The notes beneath the pieces are model-generated. The model was not told the DNA's origin and did no database searches. It saw only the letters and a program-made list of their open reading frames with translations. 64,000 nt of DNA from a virus. The position numbers and the translations under genes were made by a program. Shown here piece after piece: positions 10,368 to 19,459 of this stretch. Each line of letters starts with the position of its first letter. Positions within the stretch are counted from its first letter, which is position 1. Where the stretch lies: the IMG/VR virus record IMGVR_UViG_3300005573_000857, positions 27,894-91,893 of that record; one strand, 5' to 3'.

Positions 10368-10568
10368 ATGGATGCTTTTTCGACGGCATTGGCAATAGCT
10401 ATAATGGCTTGGATAGCACTACCACTTGCATATGTCGGTGTAAGAACATTAATAGATGGTTTATCTGGTAAGGATGGTTGGATAGATGTGATTTGTGGCT
10501 TGGCATTAATAGTAGTAAGTAGCCTAGCGAGCGGTGTCCTATTGCTGCTATTGTCTAAAAGATGGTAA
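10368..10568 (+). CDS. Small two-TM membrane protein, paralog 2
   Basis: Tandem duplicate sharing MDAF..ALPLAY.GVR.LI.GL..WID.I.GL..SSL..GVLL..LSK.W. Confidence 0.7.
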   Translation: MDAFSTALAIAIMAWIALPLAYVGVRTLIDGLSGKDGWIDVICGLALIVVSSLASGVLLLLLSKRW

Positions 10569-10578
10569 GGAGTATAAC

Positions 10579-10761
10579 ATGTATACCTTCTTAATGTGGA
10601 TGGGAATAGTTGCAATAATTGGAGTAGTATTGCTTAAAATATTTACAACTTGTCTGTTCGATGACAGGAATTTAGAAGGGCGTGGTTTTGGTTTGACAAT
10701 AATAATAAGTAGCTTGGCTATAGGCTGTTCCCTATTGCTATTGCTACTTGAAGGAGAGTAA
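10579..10761 (+). CDS. Small two-TM membrane protein, divergent paralog 3
   Basis: AAGGAG RBS; shares LFD..FGLT..SSL..G.LLLLL. Confidence 0.6.
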   Translation: MYTFLMWMGIVAIIGVVLLKIFTTCLFDDRNLEGRGFGLTIIISSLAIGCSLLLLLLEGE

Positions 10762-11126
10762 ACTCACCCACACTTGAGGGGAAAAGAAAGGAGAAAAAAT
10801 GGAAACATCGACGAACAAAGTTAATATGGCAGACTTAGAATGGTTAACTGATTTATTGGAAATCTACGACCATATTGTTAAAGTTATAATGGAACATGAT
10901 AACAGTTATGAGGTTAATTATGAAACCTACGATATCCCTGGCCGAGTAATGTTAAAAGAAGTTCTGCAAGGATTACATAAGGGATTTATAAGGGAAATTC
11001 TTTATAAATTTCCCCAATTGGAATTGGAGAATAATATGGATATTCGAAGATTGCCATTCCGTGACAGGTCAAAGCCACTTCACTATAAACTCTCCAACAC
11101 TTGAGGGCAAAGAAAGGAGAAAAATG
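10759..11126 (+). repeat. ~41-bp imperfect direct repeats (10759-10801 and 11086-11126) flanking ORF 10799-11104
   Basis: TAAACTC-x-ACACTTGAGGG-x-AAAGAAAGGAGAAAAA(A)TG occurs twice. Confidence 0.8.
10799..11104 (+). CDS. Hypothetical protein
   Basis: 101 aa; AAGGAG RBS. Confidence 0.7.
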   Translation: METSTNKVNMADLEWLTDLLEIYDHIVKVIMEHDNSYEVNYETYDIPGRVMLKEVLQGLHKGFIREILYKFPQLELENNMDIRRLPFRDRSKPLHYKLSNT

Positions 11127-11360
11127 AGTAAAGCTAGAGAATTAAAGAATTTAATTGAACAATCGAAAGATGTCCAATTTAAAGTAGGTGACAAAGTTAG
11201 GCTTGTTAGGAAAGTAGCTTCTATTCCCGCAGGTGCAAAAGGAGTGGTTACTGGGAATGATGTAACTAATCCTGATAGAGTTTCAGTAAGCTTCTTTCGC
11301 AGTGATGACCCAGTCCCTTATAACACTTACATTTACAAGTCTGACCTTGAAAAATACTAG
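11124..11360 (+). CDS. Small SH3/KOW-like protein
   Basis: FKVGDKVRL..GAKGVV pattern; RBS supplied by the repeat. Confidence 0.55.
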   Translation: MSKARELKNLIEQSKDVQFKVGDKVRLVRKVASIPAGAKGVVTGNDVTNPDRVSVSFFRSDDPVPYNTYIYKSDLEKY

Positions 11361-11428
11361 GAAAAGATAATCCTGGGGATGCGTGTAGGGAAAACAAGCA
11401 TAAGATCAAATACAGGAGGATATTAGAA

Positions 11429-11680
11429 ATGAGTATTAGAGCAGAAATGAGAGACGCTCAAACCATGAAAATGAAATGGAATGAGCTAAGTGATTCCGAA
11501 AAGATCGAACGTATGCGTGAAGTAGTTAAAGGCATCGAACGAGAAATTTTACGTTTGAGACGTAAAATAGATTTAATGAAAAACCACATTCACTTAGACA
11601 ATAACTTAGTAATTAGGTTTAGTGATATAGATTCGTCGGATTGTGCATATGGTGAGTGTGAAAAAGATGTATATTTTTAA
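11429..11680 (+). CDS. Hypothetical protein
   Basis: 83 aa; AGGAGG RBS. Confidence 0.7.
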   Translation: MSIRAEMRDAQTMKMKWNELSDSEKIERMREVVKGIEREILRLRRKIDLMKNHIHLDNNLVIRFSDIDSSDCAYGECEKDVYF

Positions 11681-11737
11681 CTTGCTACTAGCTTGAGAGA
11701 CAAAAAAAAAGTTAAAAAATGAAAGGAAAGTAAATCT

Positions 11738-12163
11738 ATGAGAAGTAGAGAAGAAGTTTTGAGAGCAGTAGAAGAGGGACTATGCAAGTGTTTCGATGGG
11801 AGAGACCGTAAAAGGTTGTTGCTTTTCTTTGAGCCAAAATTATGGGAACATTTTGGATATAAAAAGAAGGAGAACGTTAATGATGCTGAAATAGAAATTT
11901 TGCCCTGGAAAGAAGAGACGATTCTGAATGAATTGAAAAGAGATCTGGCTTTTGCTTTTAAAAAAGCCCTTGGCAAGAGGTTTATGTCAGCATCGCTCAT
12001 GTACCAGGTTATAAAGATGTGGTTGTGGATTCTTGAAGATCCTTTGTATCAGTTTAATGAGTATGCAATGTATGGTTTACCACTTTTTAAAAGAGTAGCA
12101 GTCAAATATGGTTTCGATAATCCTATTGGTGATGATGAGGGGAACGAGGATAAGTACGTTTAA
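11738..12163 (+). CDS. Hypothetical phage protein
   Basis: 141-aa ORF with a purine-rich RBS. Confidence 0.7.
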   Translation: MRSREEVLRAVEEGLCKCFDGRDRKRLLLFFEPKLWEHFGYKKKENVNDAEIEILPWKEETILNELKRDLAFAFKKALGKRFMSASLMYQVIKMWLWILEDPLYQFNEYAMYGLPLFKRVAVKYGFDNPIGDDEGNEDKYV

Positions 12164-12213
12164 TAAGATGAATAAGTATGCTAGAAAATAAGAGAAAAAG
12201 AAGGGGAAATACA

Positions 12214-12573
12214 ATGGCAACTTGCAATCATGATAGGTGGTTGTATATACCACCAAGCCTGGGAATTGGAGATGGTTACTTTCATATTGACGACAAATGT
12301 TTTCTATGTGCAGATTGCGGTCAATGGATCCAGTTTGGGTCCATTGACGTAGAGAAAATAGTCAATATAAAGCATCTTCCTCCAGAAAGCTGCCCACACG
12401 ACATAGATTACTTTACCATAGGTCGTTACTACCTTTGTCTAAGGTGCGGCTATAGGTGGATTAGAGAACTGCCGAAGCTCGATATAAAAACGGATTCCTT
12501 TAACTGGGAAGAGTGGGATAAGCAAAGGAGACAAGAAGCTCTAGAAAGATACAAAAATGGAGAGATACTTTAA
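12214..12573 (+). CDS. Protein with two zinc-ribbon-like C-x-H...CxxCG repeats
   Basis: CNH..CADCG and CPH..CLRCG. Confidence 0.6.
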   Translation: MATCNHDRWLYIPPSLGIGDGYFHIDDKCFLCADCGQWIQFGSIDVEKIVNIKHLPPESCPHDIDYFTIGRYYLCLRCGYRWIRELPKLDIKTDSFNWEEWDKQRRQEALERYKNGEIL

Positions 12574-12596
12574 AGGAGGCGGAGGTTTAGAGAGAT

Positions 12597-12911
12597 ATGG
12601 TAGCAACTATGAGAGAAATATCGATGAGCAAAAGATTACTTAACTTTCTTAGTGAGAAAGAATCAGTTGACGAGCAGAGCAGGATTCCATCTGATAGTGA
12701 GATAGCTGCAGACGTTAGTAATATTCTGAAAATGCATAAAGATCCAGCAACAGCTACTGGTAAGTTAATGAACCACTTCGTCACGAAGTACAAATTAAGT
12801 CTAGATCAGTTAAAATCAATAGTTCCTAAGATTAACTTAGCTGCTAAGACTTATGGAATAATGACTAAGACTGAAGAATATGCTTACGACATAGGATCTA
12901 GAGAGGTTTAG
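12597..12911 (+). CDS. Hypothetical protein
   Basis: 104 aa; GGAGG RBS; flanked by ATATGGTAGCAACT direct repeats. Confidence 0.65.
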   Translation: MVATMREISMSKRLLNFLSEKESVDEQSRIPSDSEIAADVSNILKMHKDPATATGKLMNHFVTKYKLSLDQLKSIVPKINLAAKTYGIMTKTEEYAYDIGSREV

Positions 12912-12951
12912 AAGTAGAAAATATGGTAGCAACTTTACTGGAGGTGCAAAG

Positions 12952-13203
12952 ATGGATTACGCCCACGACCACGGGCTATTTACTTTCTGCCCTAAGTGTA
13001 ATGAGACTGTATCGTTTTTAGTCTGTCATATAAGAGGATGTGTTTCACTTCGTGAAGAAGACGGAAAGTTGTACTGTAAAATAGAGCGTGCTTTAGAAGA
13101 AGCGAAGCGAGGCAAAACAATTAGTCTTATAGACAATGTTGCGGTCGAGATTAAGGGTGCTCGCAGAAAGAAGGCAACTAAAAAGTTGGAGGATAGTGAA
13201 TGA
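12952..13203 (+). CDS. Small Cys-rich hypothetical protein
   Basis: CPKC..C..GC; GGAGG RBS. Confidence 0.65.
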   Translation: MDYAHDHGLFTFCPKCNETVSFLVCHIRGCVSLREEDGKLYCKIERALEEAKRGKTISLIDNVAVEIKGARRKKATKKLEDSE

Positions 13204-13421
13204 AAAATCTAAAGAGAATTGCAGAAAGACAGTTAGTCCAAATTGGCTCATCGTGGTATGACGTCTGCCACATTGGCAGGAAACATGTAACGATAGGTGA
13301 CAAGTCCAAACCACTAAACATTCCGAAAACTATGGTCAAGAAGTACAAGACTGAGCTGATAGATTTAGAAGAGAGTGAACGAAAGGGAGGAAGCGTATGC
13401 CAAGAACTTCAGAAAACTTGA
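13200..13421 (+). CDS. Hypothetical protein
   Basis: 73 aa; coupled overlap; GGAGG RBS. Confidence 0.6.
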   Translation: MKNLKRIAERQLVQIGSSWYDVCHIGRKHVTIGDKSKPLNIPKTMVKKYKTELIDLEESERKGGSVCQELQKT

Positions 13422-14044
13422 AGTTTATGGATGACGACAATCTGCTCGACAATCTTAAACCAATTGTTGTAGAACTATACAGTAGAGTAGAAGACCTCGA
13501 AGATATAGCAGAGACGGCGGACAATAAAATAAAAGAACTTGGTAGTGAGTTGACAAATACAGTTGGAAAATTGCAAGAGCTTAAGTTCTCGCAACTAGAG
13601 AAAAGCACTCCTAAGAAAAAGATATGGACTATTAGCAGGACTTTTGCTATTCCAGTTGGCCATAGGCTTATGACTCATAAGGGAAAATGCCAGAATCTCC
13701 ACGGCCATAATCTAAAAGTGCGTGTTTGCTTAAGAGCTGAGCAGCTTAACCAGAACTGCATGGTAGTCGATTTTTCTGACTTGAAAAGAATAGCTCTAGA
13801 ATCGATACTAGATAAGCTAGATCACTCACTTCTGCTAAATAGAGAAGATCCGCTACTGCAAGAAAAGAATACTTTAAGTGAAAAGTTTAACATCGTAAAG
13901 ATAGAAGGAGAACCTACCGCCGAAACTTTGGCTGAGTTTATATATACTTTACTTAGCCAGAAACTGCCTGCAGGCATACAGATGGATTCGGTTACGGTAT
14001 GGGAAAATGACGAATCCGAAGCAACGTACAAGGAGGTCGTATGA
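13397..14044 (+). CDS. queD: 6-carboxytetrahydropterin synthase (QueD/PTPS) with N-terminal coiled-coil extension
   Basis: HRL..KCQNLHGHN, MVVDFSDLK, LDH..LN, PTAE and VWE motifs. Confidence 0.9.
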   Translation: MPRTSENLKFMDDDNLLDNLKPIVVELYSRVEDLEDIAETADNKIKELGSELTNTVGKLQELKFSQLEKSTPKKKIWTISRTFAIPVGHRLMTHKGKCQNLHGHNLKVRVCLRAEQLNQNCMVVDFSDLKRIALESILDKLDHSLLLNREDPLLQEKNTLSEKFNIVKIEGEPTAETLAEFIYTLLSQKLPAGIQMDSVTVWENDESEATYKEVV

Positions 14045-14454
14045 AAAATCTTAATTTAGACCAAAAAATGAGAGACAAAATTATTGGTGAACACGACGAA
14101 AAATTTAGAACTTCGAGTTATTTTGGAGGTATAAAACATTTCAAGAATCTCCCAGCTACAGCTGTGAGGTATCTGCTGGTAGTTGGATTAGCGCACCCAG
14201 ACGAAAGACAAAATCTATATGGTCCATCTATTGAGGAATTCGTTGATTTTATGGAGAAGTATCCAGAAGTTCCTTTAACGGCTCATGGTTATGTGGTTTC
14301 GAAAGAGCGCGAAGACTACCGAGTTTCGATAGAAGGACTTCATGCAAAGAGTGAAAACATTCCAGAAGAAGTACAAAAAGAGTTTGCTTTAGCTTTTCGC
14401 AAAGCAGACGAACTAAAGGTTAGCTCTTCTGAACTATACTGCTGGTACGATTAA
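14041..14454 (+). CDS. Hypothetical protein
   Basis: 137 aa; GGAGG RBS. Confidence 0.7.
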   Translation: MKNLNLDQKMRDKIIGEHDEKFRTSSYFGGIKHFKNLPATAVRYLLVVGLAHPDERQNLYGPSIEEFVDFMEKYPEVPLTAHGYVVSKEREDYRVSIEGLHAKSENIPEEVQKEFALAFRKADELKVSSSELYCWYD

Positions 14455-14467
14455 GAAAGGAGCAGTA

Positions 14468-15925
14468 ATGCTAACTTTTAAGAGAACTTCTGGAATAGAG
14501 ATTCCGAGGACTTACTTGAAGGAAGATTTTTATACTAAAATTAAGGACTTTCTGAGAAGGAGAGTCAAGTCTTACCAGACCTCAGATTTTTCTGTCTATA
14601 ATTTCTTTGTAGAAAACAAAGAAAGTCTTATTGTGCCGAGATTCTTCCCTATGGAAATGTTCCTACCAGACTGTGAAGTACAGGATAGTTTAAGTGATGG
14701 CCAAGATATTGACATACAGCACAGTATTCTCTTAAGAGATACTGTGCAGCACGATATGGTTGACTACTTACTGAAAAATGACAGAGGTATAATCCAAGCA
14801 CCTCCAGGGTCTGGTAAGACTGTTGTCTGTATTTATGCGATTGCAGAGAGAAAAAAGAAAGCTTTTATTTTAGTCCATAGAAGTTCTTTATGTGACCAGT
14901 GGAAGGGTCCTGGTATTGAAGCTAAGCAAGGGTTCTTGTCATTTACGTCTCTGAGTGAGAAAGACGTAGCAATACTCGACTCTTCGTCTTTCGTTGAAGA
15001 CTTGAAGAAACCGATAATCATTTCTACAAACCAAACGTTTGTCTCTCTACTTAAGAGGGAGCCGAGCTTTCCTGACGAATTACGAAAAGCAAACATAGGC
15101 ATTTTCGTTGCTGACGAAGTCCACACATCAGTTGGTGCTCCTATCTTTTCGTTGTGCTCTATACATGTCCCAGCAAAAGTTGTTTTTGGATTTAGTGCTA
15201 CTCCGTATCGATGGGATGGAAATGAAGACATTATTCGCTACCACCTTGGTGAAGTCTTCATTCCAAGTGGTACTCGAGAAACAGTAGAAGGAAAAGTTAC
15301 GTTCTTGATGTTCGACTTTGGTATAAGGAAAACTAGCTTACCCTACATATACTGGGGCTGCGAATTTCAGAAAAGTCGATACTTAAACTTGCTGAGGAAA
15401 GCTGGAAGGTTCGTAAGTGTATGTAAGTCGTTACTGAAAAAGTTTTCGGAAGATGGAAGACAAGTTATTTTCGTTGCTGAGAGGATTAAGCTCTTGACTG
15501 AGCTCTATGACTGGTTAGACCATCCTAATAAGTCGGAGTTCTTTGGTAAAGAAGGGAACGAACGTCTAGAATACCAAGTGACGTTTGCTACGCCCGGCAA
15601 AATTAGAGATGGTGTTGACGCTCCTAAAAAAGATTGCTTGATTCTAACCTCGCCGATAGGGAACATCGAGCAAATGTGTGGTAGAATTGAGCGAGTAGTT
15701 GAAGGGAAGAGGAATGTCATAGTAGTCGATATGGTTGACTTAGGTTTTCAAGAAATTTCAAGGACTATGGTTTACAGGCTAAAGTACTACGAAAAGAAAA
15801 AATGGTCTGTACGCTTCGTTAAATTGTCCGAAAACGGTTATGAGGAAATAACAAAGAAGCAAGCTTTAGAACTCGCTAAAATAGCGACAGAAAGGAGAAA
15901 GAATGAAGTTCATCTTTATAGCTGA
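14468..15925 (+). CDS. Superfamily 2 helicase (UvsW/Rad25-like)
   Basis: APPGSGKT, ADEVH, SATPYR and QMCGRIER. Confidence 0.9.
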   Translation: MLTFKRTSGIEIPRTYLKEDFYTKIKDFLRRRVKSYQTSDFSVYNFFVENKESLIVPRFFPMEMFLPDCEVQDSLSDGQDIDIQHSILLRDTVQHDMVDYLLKNDRGIIQAPPGSGKTVVCIYAIAERKKKAFILVHRSSLCDQWKGPGIEAKQGFLSFTSLSEKDVAILDSSSFVEDLKKPIIISTNQTFVSLLKREPSFPDELRKANIGIFVADEVHTSVGAPIFSLCSIHVPAKVVFGFSATPYRWDGNEDIIRYHLGEVFIPSGTRETVEGKVTFLMFDFGIRKTSLPYIYWGCEFQKSRYLNLLRKAGRFVSVCKSLLKKFSEDGRQVIFVAERIKLLTELYDWLDHPNKSEFFGKEGNERLEYQVTFATPGKIRDGVDAPKKDCLILTSPIGNIEQMCGRIERVVEGKRNVIVVDMVDLGFQEISRTMVYRLKYYEKKKWSVRFVKLSENGYEEITKKQALELAKIATERRKNEVHLYS

Positions 15926-16928
15926 TCTTCATTTGGCGCAGTACGGACCTGTTGTGGAGAATGATTTCCCGGAAAAGTTATACTACATCTTGCAAAGTAT
16001 GCAGGAAGTTGTTGATTTCGCTAAAGCCAAGAAAATCCAGACTATTGTAGTTGGTGGAGACATTTTCCACACTAAGAGTATAATTCATTCGTTAGCCCAA
16101 TCCGCTTTGCTAGACTTTATTAGAAACAACCGTAGTATAGATTTCGTGGTATTAGATGGAAACCACGACATGTCTTCGAAGTCTGCTAAAGCTAGTGTTT
16201 CCAGTTTGAAGTGTTTAGACTCAGAACCTAATGTACATACTATCCACGAACCGGAGCAAAGTGCAGATATTTACTTTCTTCCTTGGATCCATGTCTCGAA
16301 AGAGTTACTTTCAAATGTGCAGTCGAAGTTTCTTATCTCACACTTTGGGGTGAACGAAGCAAAATTGTCTTCTGGTATTTCTATAGTTTCCGACGTCGGG
16401 TTAAAAGACTTGGCAAATTTCCGTTATGTACTTCTGGGTCATTACCATAAACCGCAGGAGATCATGTCTAGCAGTTTGTCTCTATACTACGTTGGTTCTC
16501 TAATCCAGTTAGATTGGTCTGAGAAGCATGAAGAAAAACGTTTTCTAGTTGTAGATACTGAGCTAGAGAGTATCGAGAGTTTCCCGACCACTCGGTATAG
16601 GAAGTACGTAGAGTTACTAGTAACTAAAGAGACTAAACGAGAAGTAATCGAAAGAGCTAAGGCTCTTCTTGAAGAAGGACACCACGTTCGGATAATGACT
16701 GATGATTCGACACTAATGCCAGAAGTAAGTGAGGAAGTCGGTCAAGAGGCTAGTGTTATCCTGAGAGACGAGTCAGATTCGAAGATAACTAATAGAGGAA
16801 TCTCGTCTTCTATGAGTATGAAAGATAAACTAAATCGCTACCTTGACTTAAAGAACATTACTCAAGATCGAGAGTTCTATGTAAGAAAAGCAATTGAGAT
16901 AATAGAGAAGTCAGGAGGAGAAAAGTGA
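15903..16928 (+). CDS. sbcD: SbcD/Mre11-like metallophosphoesterase nuclease
   Basis: ADLH, GGDIFH, GNHD, SH and GHYH motifs; upstream of an SbcC-like gene. Confidence 0.92.
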   Translation: MKFIFIADLHLAQYGPVVENDFPEKLYYILQSMQEVVDFAKAKKIQTIVVGGDIFHTKSIIHSLAQSALLDFIRNNRSIDFVVLDGNHDMSSKSAKASVSSLKCLDSEPNVHTIHEPEQSADIYFLPWIHVSKELLSNVQSKFLISHFGVNEAKLSSGISIVSDVGLKDLANFRYVLLGHYHKPQEIMSSSLSLYYVGSLIQLDWSEKHEEKRFLVVDTELESIESFPTTRYRKYVELLVTKETKREVIERAKALLEEGHHVRIMTDDSTLMPEVSEEVGQEASVILRDESDSKITNRGISSSMSMKDKLNRYLDLKNITQDREFYVRKAIEIIEKSGGEK

Positions 16929-19108
16929 AAAGTGTAAGCTTTAAGAGCGTTGGGATGAAGAACTTCTGCTGCTTTAAGGACGAGATATCGCTCGAGTTTA
17001 GTGGTGAAAAGTTAGTTCTAATTACTGGCCCAAATGGCTCTGGAAAAACAACTCTTTTCGATTGCATACCTTTCACGCTTTATGGTTCTACTAGCAAAGG
17101 ATTAAGAAGTGACGATGTAGTAAATGTCGAAGTTGGGAAAAACTGCCATACTTGGCTAGAGTTTTCTGTTGACGGTTCTAACTTCCGTATTGATAGGTAC
17201 TGCAAACATTCGAAAATGGGTAATACTGTTACAGTTGCGAAAGATGGTAGTATTATAAAGAAAGGTCAGACTGAGGTTCTTCCGTTTGTGGAAGAACTGC
17301 TTGTTCCACAGAAACTTTTCATGAATACTTTACTGTTTTCTCAGAAAGTCAGGACATTCTTTACAGACTTACCAGATTCGGAGCAGAAAGAAATCTTTAG
17401 AAAAGTCTTGCAGCTCGACAACTTCTTGCTTTATTACAATACGTGCAATGCAGAACTGAAACGTATAGAAAATGACCTTCGAACGGTAGAGAAAGATATT
17501 GAAGTGAAAATATCGCTCTTCGAGGAAGCCGTAGGAAATATTACAAGAACTAAGCATGAGAAAGAACAGTTCTACTTGAAGAAAAAAGAGCTCTTAGCTC
17601 AGCTTAGCCAGAAGTTGGTAGAAAAGAAAGCAGAACTTGAGAGTGCGAAAGCTACTTTGGAATCTTTCGAACTAGAGAAGTTGCAAAAAGATCTCGAAGT
17701 TTCTACAGCGAAGATGGCTTCTCTTTCTGCCACTCTTTCGCAACTCAAAACGGAACTCGAAAAAGAGCAGCAAAAGATTATTTACGACAAAAATGAAGCA
17801 ATGAGTGAAGTGCGACGAAAGGCGGAGTCAACTCTAAAAAAGAACTTAGAAATAAAGACAGAGAAAGTAAAAGAACTTAGTAAAAAGGCAACAGATAGCG
17901 TTAAACCTCTTACTGAAAGATTTTCTACTTTAGACAAGGAACTCTCTTCTCTTCGGACAGAGATGTCGGTTTCTGGAAGACAAGTACAAGAGTTAGAAGA
18001 AAAGATTGCCGTCTTCGAAGAAGGACTAAAAGGTGACATTCCAGTTTGTGCTGCTTGTAAGCAACCACTAAAGGATGCGACATCTCTTAAAGCTTTTTTG
18101 GACAACTTGAAAAGAGACTACGAACAACTGAAAGCGAAAACGAACTACTTGCCAGAACTGTTTGCACAAAAGAGCAAAGAAAAACAAGAAGTACAAACCG
18201 CAATAAGTGACTTAGAGCGAGCTTATAATGAAGAGTTAGAAGCTCTAGAGAAAGATTACAAGGAGAAAGAAGAAGAAGTTGAATCTAAGCTAAGGAAGAC
18301 GCTAGATGAGTTAGAGGAAGTTGCTAGGCAGAAGCTTGAAACTCTTAGCGAAAGTTTCTCGGAGAAAGAAAGTGAAGTTCTTCGTAACATACAAAACCAA
18401 GAGTCAGAGGAGAAACGACTCCGTAGTGTTCTGCAAGAAGCGAAAATTGTACAGCAGAAAGTTGTGCTACTTGAAAAAGAAGTAGCGATAGCAGAAGAAC
18501 AGCTTAGGCAAAAGGAGCAAGAAGAGTTTGACGAAGAGAAGATAACGTATTGGGTAGATATGAAGAAGAATCTAGAAAACTCAATTTGTTCTTTAGAGCA
18601 GCGTAAAGCGGAAGTAGAGAAAGAAAAGAACTGCATAGAGTTTTGGAAAGAAGGGTTCTCTTCCTCTGGTATACCCAGTATGCTAATAGACGAAGCGATA
18701 CCGTTCATGAATAGTAGAATTTCTCAATATTTAGAGAAGATTGGTGGAAGGTACATTGTTTCCTTCGACACCATTGGCGAAACGAAAGCTGGAGAGTTTA
18801 GGGATAAGATTACTGTTAGAGTGCTAGATGTAAAAACGAAAGCAGACTCTAGAAAGAAGTTGTCTGGCGGGCAAACTCGAATTGTAGATATTGCTACTAT
18901 TTTAACTCTTAGTGATTTGCAAAGCAAAGTACAAGACATGAAGTTCAACATCATGCTCTTCGACGAAATATTCGATTCCCTAGACGACGAAAATATTTCG
19001 TACGTTTCAAGTTTGCTTAGAACTCTTCTGGAAGGTAAGTCAATCTACATTATTTCGCATAGACATATAGACCAGATAGAGGCAGACGAAGTTCTGCGGT
19101 TCTACTAA
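16925..19108 (+). CDS. sbcC: SbcC/Rad50-like SMC ATPase
   Basis: GPNGSGKT, long coiled coil, zinc hook CAAC, LSGGQ, FDEIFDSLD and ISH. Confidence 0.93.
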   Translation: MKSVSFKSVGMKNFCCFKDEISLEFSGEKLVLITGPNGSGKTTLFDCIPFTLYGSTSKGLRSDDVVNVEVGKNCHTWLEFSVDGSNFRIDRYCKHSKMGNTVTVAKDGSIIKKGQTEVLPFVEELLVPQKLFMNTLLFSQKVRTFFTDLPDSEQKEIFRKVLQLDNFLLYYNTCNAELKRIENDLRTVEKDIEVKISLFEEAVGNITRTKHEKEQFYLKKKELLAQLSQKLVEKKAELESAKATLESFELEKLQKDLEVSTAKMASLSATLSQLKTELEKEQQKIIYDKNEAMSEVRRKAESTLKKNLEIKTEKVKELSKKATDSVKPLTERFSTLDKELSSLRTEMSVSGRQVQELEEKIAVFEEGLKGDIPVCAACKQPLKDATSLKAFLDNLKRDYEQLKAKTNYLPELFAQKSKEKQEVQTAISDLERAYNEELEALEKDYKEKEEEVESKLRKTLDELEEVARQKLETLSESFSEKESEVLRNIQNQESEEKRLRSVLQEAKIVQQKVVLLEKEVAIAEEQLRQKEQEEFDEEKITYWVDMKKNLENSICSLEQRKAEVEKEKNCIEFWKEGFSSSGIPSMLIDEAIPFMNSRISQYLEKIGGRYIVSFDTIGETKAGEFRDKITVRVLDVKTKADSRKKLSGGQTRIVDIATILTLSDLQSKVQDMKFNIMLFDEIFDSLDDENISYVSSLLRTLLEGKSIYIISHRHIDQIEADEVLRFY

Positions 19109-19123
19109 GGGAGGTTGGAATAG

Positions 19124-19459
19124 ATGAAACTTAGGAGAGGTTTTGTAACCAATAGCAGTAGTACTTCGTATGTTGTCTTTGGCTTTAAGTTGCCGAAAGA
19201 GATCTGGTTTGAAGACAATGGTCCTTACTTACTTGATAACGAAGAAAAGAAGTCTCTTGGAATTCCTGAGGAACTGCAAGCTTTTTATGACAGCGGTAGG
19301 GTTTTAGTTGGTTCGTGTTTCAAAGAATATGATTCAGAAATAGAAGTTAGTGCAAAAGATCTCTTAGCGAAGACAGAAACAATAAAAGAGTGTGCTGCTA
19401 AGTTTGGTGTAGACCTAAAAGAAGTTCTCTTGTTTGCTAAATTCCACTACGACGGTTGA
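19124..19459 (+). CDS. Hypothetical protein with N-terminal MKxRxGFVTNSSS motif
   Basis: MKLRRGFVTNSSSTSY, a recurring N-terminal motif of uncharacterised phage and bacterial proteins. Confidence 0.7.
   Translation: MKLRRGFVTNSSSTSYVVFGFKLPKEIWFEDNGPYLLDNEEKKSLGIPEELQAFYDSGRVLVGSCFKEYDSEIEVSAKDLLAKTETIKECAAKFGVDLKEVLLFAKFHYDG

Larger units (their letters stand above)
10143..10568 (+). repeat. ~215-bp tandem gene duplication
   Basis: GAGGTGCAACATGGATGCTTTT at 10143 and 10358; the downstream sequences are collinear. Confidence 0.85.

Noticed and set aside
10143-12934. CRISPR array or attC integron cassettes
   Set aside because: Repeats occur only in pairs, are gene-length apart and show no attC-type palindromes or regular spacers.
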